This document shows, piece after piece, positions 41,455 to 51,632 of a stretch of 64,000 nucleotides of DNA. The notes beneath the pieces are model-generated. The model had not been told where the DNA came from. It saw only the letters and a program-made list of their open reading frames with translations, and searched no databases. The DNA comes from an uncultured Nitrospinota bacterium (GTDB lineage: Bacteria > Tectomicrobia > Entotheonellia > J063 > CAVPRW01): positions 32,001-96,000 of the forward strand of contig CAVPRW010000007.1 in the NCBI GenBank assembly GCA_963707985.1, written 5' to 3'. Position 1 is the first letter of the stretch, and the number at the start of each line of letters is the position of its first letter. A program made the translations under genes and the position numbers.

Positions 41455-42273
41455 ATGCCGAAGGCCTTCGTCAATGGGATTCATCTCCATTACGTCCAGA
41501 CCGGCAAGGGACCTGACCTGGTGCTAATCCATGGCATCGCGAGCAATCTCGGGCAGTGGCAACTGAGCATCCTTCCGGCACTAGTGGAAGATTTTCGGGT
41601 GACGATGTATGACCTCCGCGGACATGGGTACAGCGATATGCCTCCCGAGGGTTATACGCCTGGTCATATGGTAGACGATTTCAGCGGTCTGATGGACTAC
41701 CTCCAGCTACAACGGCCCTGCATTCTTGGTCATAGCTATGGTGGGCTGGTGGCGCTGCGCTATGCGGCTCTTCACCCTCAGCGCGTGGAGAAGCTCATTA
41801 TCGCCGACACCGCAGTCCCTTCTCTGCAGCCGATGGGAGCACGCGACGGCCTGCTGGGCGGATGGCGGGAGGCTTTGCGACAGAAGGGCCTCGACGTACC
41901 AGATGAGAAGGCGGAGGACGTGGTGTATTTGATGGAGCAAACGTTGAGACTGCGAGGACAGCGCTGGCGTGGAATGGGGTTACGGCGTGCCATGGCACGA
42001 CTCTCGCGCCTGGTGCACATGACTTCTATCGGCAAGGAGTATCGCGACAATTCCCTGCTGACACCGGAGACGATTCGCCTGATTCAAACCCCAGTCTTGC
42101 TCATCTATGGAGATCGTTCCCCTAATACCACGAGTTTCCATGCTCTGCGTGAGCATCTACCCCAATGCACGACAGCCATCATTTCTGATGGAGGACACTT
42201 CTATCCGCTCGAACATCCGAAGGCGTTTGTTCGCCATATCAAAGGGTTTCTGCAAGACCAAAGCGCGACTTAA
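41455..42273 (+). CDS. Alpha/beta hydrolase (possible thioesterase)
   Basis: HG oxyanion motif, YDLRGHG, nucleophile GHSYGG, GGHF. Confidence 0.88.
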   Translation: MPKAFVNGIHLHYVQTGKGPDLVLIHGIASNLGQWQLSILPALVEDFRVTMYDLRGHGYSDMPPEGYTPGHMVDDFSGLMDYLQLQRPCILGHSYGGLVALRYAALHPQRVEKLIIADTAVPSLQPMGARDGLLGGWREALRQKGLDVPDEKAEDVVYLMEQTLRLRGQRWRGMGLRRAMARLSRLVHMTSIGKEYRDNSLLTPETIRLIQTPVLLIYGDRSPNTTSFHALREHLPQCTTAIISDGGHFYPLEHPKAFVRHIKGFLQDQSAT

Positions 42274-42282
42274 AGAACGGAG

Positions 42283-42317
42283 AAGACTTTGTGGAAGCTT
42301 TCTGCGTGGTCTTTTTT
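42283..42317 (+). terminator. Possible weak intrinsic terminator inside the PKS operon
   Basis: AAGAC...GTCTT imperfect stem followed by a T run. Confidence 0.3.
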
Positions 42318-42461
42318 GCGCCAGGGCCTGGCGGAGCCGTCGTGGTAAGACCTCTCAGGTTAGGCAAGGCTGGAAAGCGGGTGTCCTCCGCCTACATACC
42401 GGTGAAGAAGACGTGCCATCGCTGGCTCTGGCCGTTGAAGACCTCCGTTGAGGAGAACCCC

Positions 42462-43997
42462 ATGCTAGACGGAAAGCACTTTGCAAAGGTTGCCAGCAGT
42501 GGCTTCGGTGACCCTCACAACAGTTACGCCTGGTCGATGGAATGGTTCAAGGGGCGACTCTATGTAGGCACCAACCGGGATATCCTGTGGATGTTTGCGC
42601 GTCTGGGGGACCACACCTATCTCGATCCCTACCCGGTTCCCTTGCTCCCCCGAGCCAAAATGGACCTTCGCGGTCAGGTCTGGTGCTACACGCCCGAGAC
42701 AGGCAGCTGGGAACGAGTCTATACCTCACCCCTGATTAGCGCGTCTCCGCTGCGGGGCACTGCTACATTACCCTGGCGTCGGCTCCTGCGGGCGCGACGT
42801 ATGATCGGTCGACAAACCCGACAGCGCCGGACACGAGCGGTCATTCGGGGGTTGCTGCGCGAGTGGCGTGAGTGGATGCAGGCCGGATTCAAGAGCAAAA
42901 CCCCTCGCGAAATGGGCTATCGGAGCATGGCTGTCTTTACGGACCAGCAAGGGACCGAGGCATTGTATGTGGTCAGCACCGGAGCAGAGGGGCACATCCT
43001 CCGCACGCTCGATGGCACGACGTTTGAGGTGCTTCCCAAGCCTGCCCTGAGTGTGAATATGGCCTTCGGTTTTCGACCCCTGGTGACCTTCAAAGGCCGT
43101 CTGTACACGTCCCCCATAGGTTCACCAATGTTTCCGAATTTTTCGGTCCATCCTACGGTATTGGAGATTACTGCCCCGTCTCGTGCAGCGCTGGACCCAT
43201 CAATCTGGCGCCCTGTCAGCACACCCGGATTTGGCGATCCCGACAATCTCTCGATTTTTGAAATGGCCGCATTTCGGGACCACCTCTATGCCGGTGTGGG
43301 CAACCTGAATGGTTTTCAAATCTGGAAGACGGATGCCGCCGGGTCGCCCCCCTACCGCTGGACACCGGTGGTGACCAATGGGGGACATCGGAGCCCATCA
43401 GGCTTGCCTGCGGTGATCAGCATGTGCCCTTTTGGCGACTGGCTCTATGTCGGGAGTGGACGTGCAGTCCCCGCCATCGAAATGCTTGAACCCAACCCTG
43501 GAGAATTGATCCGCATCGCCCCAGATGACACTTGGGAAGTGGTGGCTGGCGTCCCCCGTGACACTCCGCTGGGTATGAAGGTCCCCATCAGCGGCATGCC
43601 AGGCGGCTTCGGCAATCCGCTGGCGATGTACGTGTGGCGTATGGAGGAGCACGATGGGTGGCTCTATGCCGGGCTCAATGATCCGACCACCTTTTTGCGC
43701 TATATCCCCAAGAGTCGTCTGGATGCCCGTGTGGTGAGTTGGATCGATCAACATGGCGGCGTAGAGAAGTTCCTGGAGGACGAGGGGGGCTTTGACCTGT
43801 GGGGCACGCCGGATGGGCTCCATTGGACGTGTATTACCCGTACTGGCTTCGACAACCCATTCAATAACGGTGTACGTACCCTCAAATCGACTCCACGTGG
43901 ACTGTTTGTCGGAAGTATGAACTTCTTCACCGAGGCCACAGATCCCGTGACGGGGGAACCGCGTGGCGGCATGGAGATCTGGCTCGGGACGCGATAG
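42462..43997 (+). CDS. Hypothetical protein with repeated GFG motifs, probable beta-propeller
   Basis: Repeats GFGD..N...W.M..F...LY.G; GAGGAG RBS before MLDGKH. Confidence 0.75.
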   Translation: MLDGKHFAKVASSGFGDPHNSYAWSMEWFKGRLYVGTNRDILWMFARLGDHTYLDPYPVPLLPRAKMDLRGQVWCYTPETGSWERVYTSPLISASPLRGTATLPWRRLLRARRMIGRQTRQRRTRAVIRGLLREWREWMQAGFKSKTPREMGYRSMAVFTDQQGTEALYVVSTGAEGHILRTLDGTTFEVLPKPALSVNMAFGFRPLVTFKGRLYTSPIGSPMFPNFSVHPTVLEITAPSRAALDPSIWRPVSTPGFGDPDNLSIFEMAAFRDHLYAGVGNLNGFQIWKTDAAGSPPYRWTPVVTNGGHRSPSGLPAVISMCPFGDWLYVGSGRAVPAIEMLEPNPGELIRIAPDDTWEVVAGVPRDTPLGMKVPISGMPGGFGNPLAMYVWRMEEHDGWLYAGLNDPTTFLRYIPKSRLDARVVSWIDQHGGVEKFLEDEGGFDLWGTPDGLHWTCITRTGFDNPFNNGVRTLKSTPRGLFVGSMNFFTEATDPVTGEPRGGMEIWLGTR

Positions 43998-44037
43998 ATA
44001 CGGAAATTCTCGGAATATGTTATGTAAGGAGAACCCT

Positions 44038-46053
44038 ATGAAGAAAATTCTCTTGATTACACCTGATTTCACCCCCGAGGAAACGCGAGTGCGCTCGATC
44101 GCTGGCGGACTCAGCGCGTTGAAATTCATGCCACAGAAGACCATGATGGCCCCCCTCGGGTTGGCGACCGTCGCGGCCTTGACCCCAGATGATATCGAAG
44201 TGGATATCTGGGATGAGGCGGTGCATGGTCTGATTGCCGATGATACCGATTTCGGCAAGGACTATGATCTCGTGGGCGTCACCGGCTACATCAATCACCT
44301 GTTGCGCGTCAAACGGCTCGGCGAACTATTCCGTCGGCGGGGTATTCCGGTAGCCGTCGGCGGGCCAGGTGTGTCATCGGCCCCGGAGCATTATCGCCAC
44401 GCCTTCGACATCCTGTTCATTGGTGAAGCCGAGTATACCTGGCCGCAATTTATTGCGGAATGGCAAGCCGGCCACTATCGCTCCGAGTATCGGCAAGTCG
44501 AAAAACTCGACATGACGCAATCCCCTCTACCCCGGTGGGATAAGATCGCCGCCGATCTGAAGTCGTATCTGTGTGGCGGGGTGCAAACGACGCGCGGCTG
44601 TCCGTTCGACTGTGAATTCTGCGATGTGATCTATATCTATGGGCGGCAAGCACGCCACAAGTCGATCGAACAGGTGTTGCAGGAGGTCAGTGCGCTGGAA
44701 CGGCTGGGGGTCGAGCGCATCTTTTTCAGTGATGACAACTTCATCGGCAATCCGCACTATGCAAAGGCGTTACTCAAAGCCTTGATCCCGGTCAACAATG
44801 GGTTCCGCAATCCGATCGGATTCTTCACGCAAATCACGCTCAACGTCGCCAAAGACGACGAGATGCTCGCGTTGTTGGCCGATGCCAATTTCGCTGTCCT
44901 GTTCATTGGCATCGAGTCGGCGAATATCGACAGTTTGATCGAGATGAACAAGCCCCAGAATTACAAAACCGACATGGTGGGGGATATCAAAAAGATCCTG
45001 AGCTACGGCCTGCCGGTGACGGCCGGTTTGATTGTCGGCTTTGATCACGACGATGCGAGTATCTTTGATCAGCAGTTTGAGTTTTCTCAGGAAGCCTGTA
45101 TCCCGATGCCCACAGCGCACATGTTGAAGGCTCCCCTGGGGACGAAGCTGTGGGTGCGTTTTCATAAAGAAGGACGCGTCGTGCACTTTGAGGAAACCGG
45201 ACTGCGACCCTTGAATGATACGCGCGCGTGGACCAACATTCTCCCCAAACTGATGACCCGCCAAGAGCTGATGACGGGCTATCTCAGTCTGGTCGAGCGC
45301 CTCAGAGATTGGCGGAATTTTGAGACCCGCGTGATGGGCATGCTTTCGCTGATCCAGCGGCAGCCCCAGGTGAAGCCTCGGGCGGCGTCCTGGGAACAAA
45401 GCATGGGGGTATTCAAGTTCGTCCTCGAAGGCATGGAGCCGCAAGCACGACAATGTGCCATCCGACTCCTGCGCCATACCCGCCAACGCGCCCCCTTCAT
45501 GATCGCCAAAGTAGTAGGGATGTTGGCACGCCAGCATCTCGAAGCAGCCGAGCTGCCATCGTTGCGAGAGCTGATCGACAGCCAAATTCGCCTGGAGAGT
45601 ACAGAGGAAGCCAGGTTGCAACGGGAGCCGACGGTCTTCTTTGTTCCCGAGGCGTTCAAGAAACCCTATCGGGACCTCTTCCCCGAGCTACACGAGCGTG
45701 TGCACCAGGGCCTCATCGAGAAATCTCGCACGCAAGACGCCCTGGTCGAGGTGATCTATGACTTTCTCACCCGTTGGGGGCTCACCTTTGAGCAATTCGA
45801 GGAGCATCACCGCGCCTTCCTGTTCGAGATCTGCGATCGTACCATCGCGAAGGAAAACGGGGAGCTTGCGGCTGGGGCTGATGCAGGGCAGGAACTCCGG
45901 GTGCTTCCCGATCGCCGCGCCGGCCTGAGCGATGGGCAAGCCTCGATATGGCTGAGGCGCTTGGCCGATGAGGTGCTACGCCTCGTCGAACAGGACCTCC
46001 GGACCTTTAGGCCAGAACCGGGTGCCTCCTCCTTGGCAACTGCTACCCCATAG
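44038..46053 (+). CDS. Cobalamin-binding radical SAM protein (HpnP/DUF4070-like) with long C-terminal extension
   Basis: PLGLATVAAL, VGGPGVS, RGCPFDCEFC (CxxxCxxC), DDNFIGN, FIGIES, IVGFDHD. Confidence 0.9.
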   Translation: MKKILLITPDFTPEETRVRSIAGGLSALKFMPQKTMMAPLGLATVAALTPDDIEVDIWDEAVHGLIADDTDFGKDYDLVGVTGYINHLLRVKRLGELFRRRGIPVAVGGPGVSSAPEHYRHAFDILFIGEAEYTWPQFIAEWQAGHYRSEYRQVEKLDMTQSPLPRWDKIAADLKSYLCGGVQTTRGCPFDCEFCDVIYIYGRQARHKSIEQVLQEVSALERLGVERIFFSDDNFIGNPHYAKALLKALIPVNNGFRNPIGFFTQITLNVAKDDEMLALLADANFAVLFIGIESANIDSLIEMNKPQNYKTDMVGDIKKILSYGLPVTAGLIVGFDHDDASIFDQQFEFSQEACIPMPTAHMLKAPLGTKLWVRFHKEGRVVHFEETGLRPLNDTRAWTNILPKLMTRQELMTGYLSLVERLRDWRNFETRVMGMLSLIQRQPQVKPRAASWEQSMGVFKFVLEGMEPQARQCAIRLLRHTRQRAPFMIAKVVGMLARQHLEAAELPSLRELIDSQIRLESTEEARLQREPTVFFVPEAFKKPYRDLFPELHERVHQGLIEKSRTQDALVEVIYDFLTRWGLTFEQFEEHHRAFLFEICDRTIAKENGELAAGADAGQELRVLPDRRAGLSDGQASIWLRRLADEVLRLVEQDLRTFRPEPGASSLATATP

Positions 46054-46216
46054 TGCAAAGGCACGGCGCTCGATCCCACCTTGTGAAGCTGAGGTCCGGG
46101 CTCAAATGGCCTCATGGCCTTCGCAATCGAGCGCGTCTCAGCCGCTTTGTAGTAAAGCGGGCGGCAGGCTATCCATCAGAGACAGCCTGCCGCAGCGCGC
46201 GGGATTCCAGAACCTG

Positions 46217-47201
46217 TTAGTTCGGCATCAGGGCCAGGGTTCTGATCTCCCCAAATTCCTTGCGCAGTTTCTGCCAGGACTCACCCCCATCGGTGCTCAC
46301 ATACACATAGCCGTAGAGACTGGCGGCCGCGACGACCTGTGGTCGCGATGGATGGGTCGCAAACCAATAGACGACCGAGTTCGGCTCCACCGGCAACTGG
46401 AGCGCTTCCCACGACTGGCCGCCATCGGTCGAGTGTTGGATCGTGCCGGTGACACCTGGGATCGCGTCGCCGTTGCCGACGAAGATGACGTTCGGGTCAT
46501 CGGCCTTCAGCATGACCCCCCGGCAATATGACCGGTTGTCGGACTCATGGAACTTGGGGAAATTATGATACTTCCAACTCTCCCCTTCATCCGTGCTGGT
46601 GGCAATCCCAAAGGGCGTGGTGGCATACACGGCCGATGGCGAGCTGACCCGCAGACGCCAGCCCATGGATGTCGCCTTGGAAGGGGTCTGGACCGAGGGC
46701 CGGTAGATGGCGCCAGGTGTCGCCGCCATCGAGACTCTTATAGACGCCATCGACCTCGATGCCTGCCCAAATAGTGCGGTGATCCCGCGGGTCGACGATC
46801 ATGTTGGTGGTCCGTGGGATACCCACTGGGCAAGGTATGGTGACGCCTAACGACAGGGCGTCCCACGTCTTGCCGCCGTCACGCGAGCGGAAGGCATCCG
46901 GCCGAGTGCCGACGAAGATGGTGTCAGAGTCCGTGGGATCGACCGTCACCGACCAGATCTGGATCCCATCCATGGGAGACTCGATCTTCTCCCAGGTACC
47001 GCCGGCATTCTCACTGCGAAACAGGCCCACATCACTGCCGGCCAGGATGCGGTGAGGATTGTTGGGGTAGACCGTCAGGGCTCTGACATTGCACTCCGAC
47101 GGAATGGGCTGACGGATGCGGTTCCACGTCTCTCCCCCATCCGGGCTGCATGACAGGCCTCCACCGACGGTCCCGACGCAGAGCGTGAAATCTTGTGACA
47201 T
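46217..47201 (-). CDS. BNR/Asp-box repeat beta-propeller protein; apparent frameshift ~46655
   Basis: Seven S.DGG.TW-type Asp-boxes over two overlapping ORFs; removing one base gives HGLALRVSS. Confidence 0.8.
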
Positions 47202-47281
47202 GGCAGTTCCTCCTCTCTTCAGCGGACGTTGCCACAGCGACTTGTCTAGGTCCCCATCATAGACCAAGTGTGAGGCCATGG

Positions 47282-48791
47282 CTACTGATAACTGCTCACC
47301 TTGGACACCCGCTGGGGCGCTGGTGCCGTATAGGTACCAGCCTGCTGACCTACGGCTAACCGTGCATCGACCAGAGCCGGTCTTCGGCCTCTGCTCGGGG
47401 ACACACTCTCGTAGGCGTCAGCCACTTGTAGCAGGCGCGCCTCATCGAATGGACGGCCGATGAACTGAATCCCGATAGGCAGCCCAGCTTGGGTGAACCC
47501 ACACGGCACGGTGACGGCAGGTAGCCCCGTGGCATTGCTAGGACTGGTACATCTGGACACCACGCCAGATCCCGGCCCTCGCACACGATACTCCGCATCT
47601 CCCAAGTTGACCGTGGGGGTATCGATACGGGGCGCGGCGATTGGGGCGGTGGGCGTCACTAGAAAATCCACCTCCTGCAAGACCCGGGCATGCTCTTCCT
47701 TGATCAGCCGTTGGACTTTCAGAGCCTTCGAGTAATCCCGGCCCAGGACAAATTGCCCTGCCAACGTGCGGTACAGCACATCGGGCCCATAGTCCTGGCG
47801 GTGCGTCGCCAGATACGGCTCGTGCGTCACCACGCTATCGGCGAGGGAGGCGATACGCAGCGCCCCGGCGTACCGCATGCTGGGAAACGAGACGGCTTTG
47901 GTCGCCACCCCGAGAGCCTCCAAGTCCTCGATCGCTCGCCGCACGGCTGTATCCACCTCAGGGTCGAGCAAGTCGAAGTAATAATTGCTGGGAATCCCCA
48001 TCCGCAGCCCACGCACGTCATGGCCGAGGGCTGGCCGTATAGTCCGGCACTGGGACCGGGACGGTGCTGGGGTCCAGTGGATCGTAACCAGCGATCACCT
48101 GCAGCATCAGAGCACTGTCCCGGACCGACCTGGTCAAGGGGCCGATGTGATCGCCATTAAAGCTGGTCACTAACAGCCCGCGCTGACTGACTCTACCGAA
48201 GGTTTGTTTAAGCCCCACCACACCGCAGAAGGTGCCTGGCAAGCGCACCGACCCGCCAAGGTCAGTCCCCAATGACGCGAAGGTCACGCAGGCCGCGACG
48301 TTCGCCCCACCCCCGCCGCTGGAGCCACCGGGGATATGATCGAGGGCCCAGGGGTTGTGCACAGCGCCGTAGTGCGGATTATTCGATGTGGGTCCTGCAG
48401 CAAACTCTTCCAGATTCTCTTTCCCCAGCATAATGGCGCCGGCTGCCTGGCATAGGCGTACCACATGTGCATCTTCCGCAGGGAGGTAATCGGCTAGTAC
48501 TTTCGAGCCCACGGTGCTGCGGATACCGGCAGTTGCAAGGTTGTCTTTGATACCGATGGGGATGCCCTGCAGCGGGCCACGGTACTCGCCACGAGCTAAC
48601 GCCGCCTCTTGTTCTTTGGCCTGGCGCATCGCTTGGTCATGTAAGATGGTGATAAACGAACACAGGACGGGCTGCAAGCGGTCGGCCTGAGCCAGGGCTG
48701 CCTCGGTCAGCTCCACGGGCGAGACCTTCCGGGCCTTGATCTGTGCCGACAGTTCCGAAATCGGAAGTTTGAGAAGCTCGCTAGCTGACAT
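47282..48791 (-). CDS. Amidase-signature family enzyme (GatA/AtzE-like); apparent frameshift ~48029
   Basis: GIPIGIKD, GGSSGG, GTDLGGSVRLP (Ser-cisSer-Lys triad); C-terminal TGLPA..VP.G...GLPIGIQF. Confidence 0.88.
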
Positions 48792-48985
48792 TAGACTCGA
48801 CCTCCTTCGTCGGCATGCAGCAGCCGAGCCGAGAGCACATTGGCGAGATCGAGCTCGCGCAATTGCTCAGCCTCGGCGAGATAGCTTTCCAGTTCAGGTC
48901 GAATGCGCTCCAGTTCTTCGTCGGATAGGGGAAATCCGTGATATTCGTGAATCATGGCTTTGAGGGTGGCAATTGAAAGTGGCAT
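48791..48985 (-). CDS. Small amidase partner protein (GatC/AtzG-like)
   Basis: 64 aa helical protein, stop overlaps the amidase ATG; GGAGG RBS. Confidence 0.65.
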   Translation of the reverse strand: MPLSIATLKAMIHEYHGFPLSDEELERIRPELESYLAEAEQLRELDLANVLSARLLHADEGGRV

Positions 48986-49019
48986 ACTCTTGACCTCCTG
49001 TCATGATGCGATCCTTACC

Positions 49020-49290
49020 AGCCGATGGTTCCGGCACCTGCATGACGTTGCCTCCTCCCGCCGCCTGGTCAAATGCGTCAGGGACTCCGCTGGCACATAT
49101 GACCAGGGCTCCGGCACGGACGATTGGGCAGGGCTACCCCACGTGGGCCTTCGCTGAAGCGGCTATGGTGTGCCGGAGAAATATTCCTTCAGGCCAACCA
49201 TTCCTCGCCCATCTCACGAAGAAGTATGGCAAGGGCAAAGCCGTGATCGTCATAGCATATAAATGGCCACACGCCGTCGATATATGTTGC
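49020..49290 (+). mobile_element. Decayed IS110-family transposase fragment
   Basis: RRLVKCVRDSAG in one frame, then WAFAEAA...LTKKYGKGKAVIVIAYK in the next, resembling IS110 C-terminal motifs. Confidence 0.65.
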
Positions 49291-49607
49291 CACTTCCCCG
49301 GGTCTGGCACTCACGGACGTACGGTCACCCTCTCCCTGGCGACAGCACCTCAAGACGTGTCTGGTGCAGCCATGTCCTGTCTGCACCTGCCATTCGAGAA
49401 TCAAGTCAGAGCACGCTACAGAGCCCTGACCTCATCAGGAGAAAGGAATCAGAAAAAATCGGCTCTCAGGAGTCGAGTGCCTCTTAACCACCGGGAGCTT
49501 CACAAGGGTGTGGCTCCGGTCGAAGATCCTGTTCCGGCACCAATCCTTAGGGGACTGCTCTTCGCCCCTCGCCCGACTGCCGTAAAGGTCCCAACTTGGC
49601 GACACGG

Positions 49608-49934
49608 TTATGAAGCCTGCACCTCGACAACTGTCCCGGGCTGAATGGCTTCGAGTATTTTGCGTACGTTAGACATGAGTGGTACAAGGTCATCCAGTCG
49701 ATTGGTGGGAGCGACTAAAACGACGACGGCCACAGGGACCCCACGAAAGTTTTGCTGATGACGGAGGTTCTGGTCGGTGGTGAGGAACGCCGTGAAGGTC
49801 TCTGCATGCAGCAGCTGTATCAATTCCCCATTCCGTTTCCCTGCCCACCCCATCTCCACCACGGTGCGTACCTCATGGTCCGCTAATTCACGGCGTAGCG
49901 GTTGGGGGACGCACTCATCAAGCAATATGCGCAT
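49608..49934 (-). CDS. DUF5615 PIN-like toxin
   Basis: MRILLDECVP..L...HEV.TV..MGWAG..NGEL..FLTTDQNL. Confidence 0.85.
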   Translation of the reverse strand: MRILLDECVPQPLRRELADHEVRTVVEMGWAGKRNGELIQLLHAETFTAFLTTDQNLRHQQNFRGVPVAVVVLVAPTNRLDDLVPLMSNVRKILEAIQPGTVVEVQAS

Positions 49935-50142
49935 GGGCGGCTAGCATCTCTTTGGCGAGTTCAAGCACGGCGACAGCTTGCTCGCGGCTCACACTTGGAA
50001 AATGGTCGAGAAACACCGTGAGAGACTCTCCGGCTTCCAAATAGTCCAGCAATGTCTTCACGGGCACACGCGTGCCAACAAATACGGGGGTCCCCCCTAA
50101 TATGTGAGGGTCGCTATGGATGGTCGATGGTTTCATAGCCAT
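49918..50142 (-). CDS. DUF433 antitoxin
   Basis: DPHILGGTPVFVGTRVPV..LLDYLEAG..FPSVSREQ; overlaps the toxin start. Confidence 0.9.
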   Translation of the reverse strand: MAMKPSTIHSDPHILGGTPVFVGTRVPVKTLLDYLEAGESLTVFLDHFPSVSREQAVAVLELAKEMLAAHAHIA

Positions 50143-50199
50143 AGGTTCACTCCTTTCAGAGTGAAACTACACCATCCAGCAATAACTGACAAGGTCCTA

Positions 50200-51434
50200 C
50201 CCCCTCACGCTCAGCGGCGGGCGGGGGTACGGCCGCTGATGTTTGCCGGAGTCGATGGTATTCATGGTGCCCGCCCGCTGATCACCCACGATGCCCTCGT
50301 ATTCACGCCCTTGGAGCTGGATCGCGTCAAGACCGCCCAGGAGGACGAGGTAAAAACCTCCACGCACCGTCGCTTGGTCCCGACGCTCGGTCAGATCTGA
50401 GCCCTTATACCTGGTTAACTGATAAAAGTGAGGCGTGCTCTCCTCTGGCGCCAGCTCAGCGCGTTCCGCTGGCTCAACTCCGCCCTGGCAGCGCGCTCCC
50501 TCCGGGAGGTCCTCGAAGAGCGGTTGCTGGGGACGGGCAAGTTCGGCGACCTGGCCGCGCGGCAAGTGCGGGGCGATAGCCCCCAGGTGCTCTTCAATAC
50601 CACCCTCTTCAACAACGGTCGGCGGTTCGTCATCACCACCATCCCACCAGAGGCCTCGCAGTACGATTTCTTCGCCGATCTGCGGCAGGCCCTGGCCAGG
50701 CGGGGACAGACGGCTGAGATTTCGCCTGCCTTCCAGCAGCGGTGGCAGACGGTGCTGGCGCTGCCCCCCCTCGACCTGCACATCGACCCGTGCGAGTTCC
50801 GGGTGGCCGGCGCGGTGGCCGCCTCTGCCTCCTTCCCCCCACTGGTGGGCCCGTTCACCGTGCGCGTCGGGGAGGAGAAGCTTTACTGGCATCTGGGGGA
50901 TGGCGGGCTGTACGAGAACTCGGGCATCGAGACGCTCCTCTTCGTGTTCTTGAAGAAGCTGCAGGAGCACAAAGCCCAGCGGGCCCTGATTTTGGCCTTC
51001 GACAGCTCCTTTCCCTTCGCGGTGGGCGAGCGGCGCCTCGGCCTACGGGCCGAGCCCTTCAGTCTCTTCACCTACGACTACTCCCGCATCCCGGGCATCA
51101 TGGAGCAGCGTGCCGGCGTCTATTTCGTAGCCTGCAACTCGAGGGCGTGTTCCCCGACAATGACACGGTGCGCATCGTCATCCTCCGCCATACCGACGCC
51201 CAGTGGCGGGACGATCTGAGCGATCTACCCGAGGCCTGCCGCCACGAGCACCCGCCGCTGCAGTCCCCGGCGGACGTGGTGGAGCGCCTGGCCGAGATCC
51301 CCACCCGTTTCCATGTGGCCTCAGCGTGCGACCGCCAACTGCTGGCCCTTGCCGCGGCCAAGGTCGTGGCACAGCACCAGCACGAGATCGTGGAGCTCCT
51401 GGCGATTCCGCCGGAGCGGTCCGCGGCCAGGTGA
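50200..51434 (+). pseudogene. Patatin-like phospholipase with decayed 5' end and a frameshift ~51115
   Basis: AASASFPP, LGDGGLYEN (DGG motif); trace LTLSGG at ~50205 followed by stops; no start or nucleophile Ser motif found. Confidence 0.65.
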
Positions 51435-51632
51435 CGCGCCCGGCTGCCGAGCAGGGGATGGCGAGCACGGCAGAGAGGTGGTGTCACGGTCCTTGATGGA
51501 CGTCGTCACGAGTCGGCTCCATTTCCCGCCGGTCTATGATGGTCGGTTGAGTCTCCCGCTGATGTCGGTATACTGAGAGGGAAGAGTATCGCAGATCAAA
51601 CCGATCGATGGGCGGCACGTGCTAAAGGATGG

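Noticed and set aside
47282..48985. gatCA of the tRNA amidotransferase
   Set aside because: No gatB follows and the small protein is shorter than typical GatC.
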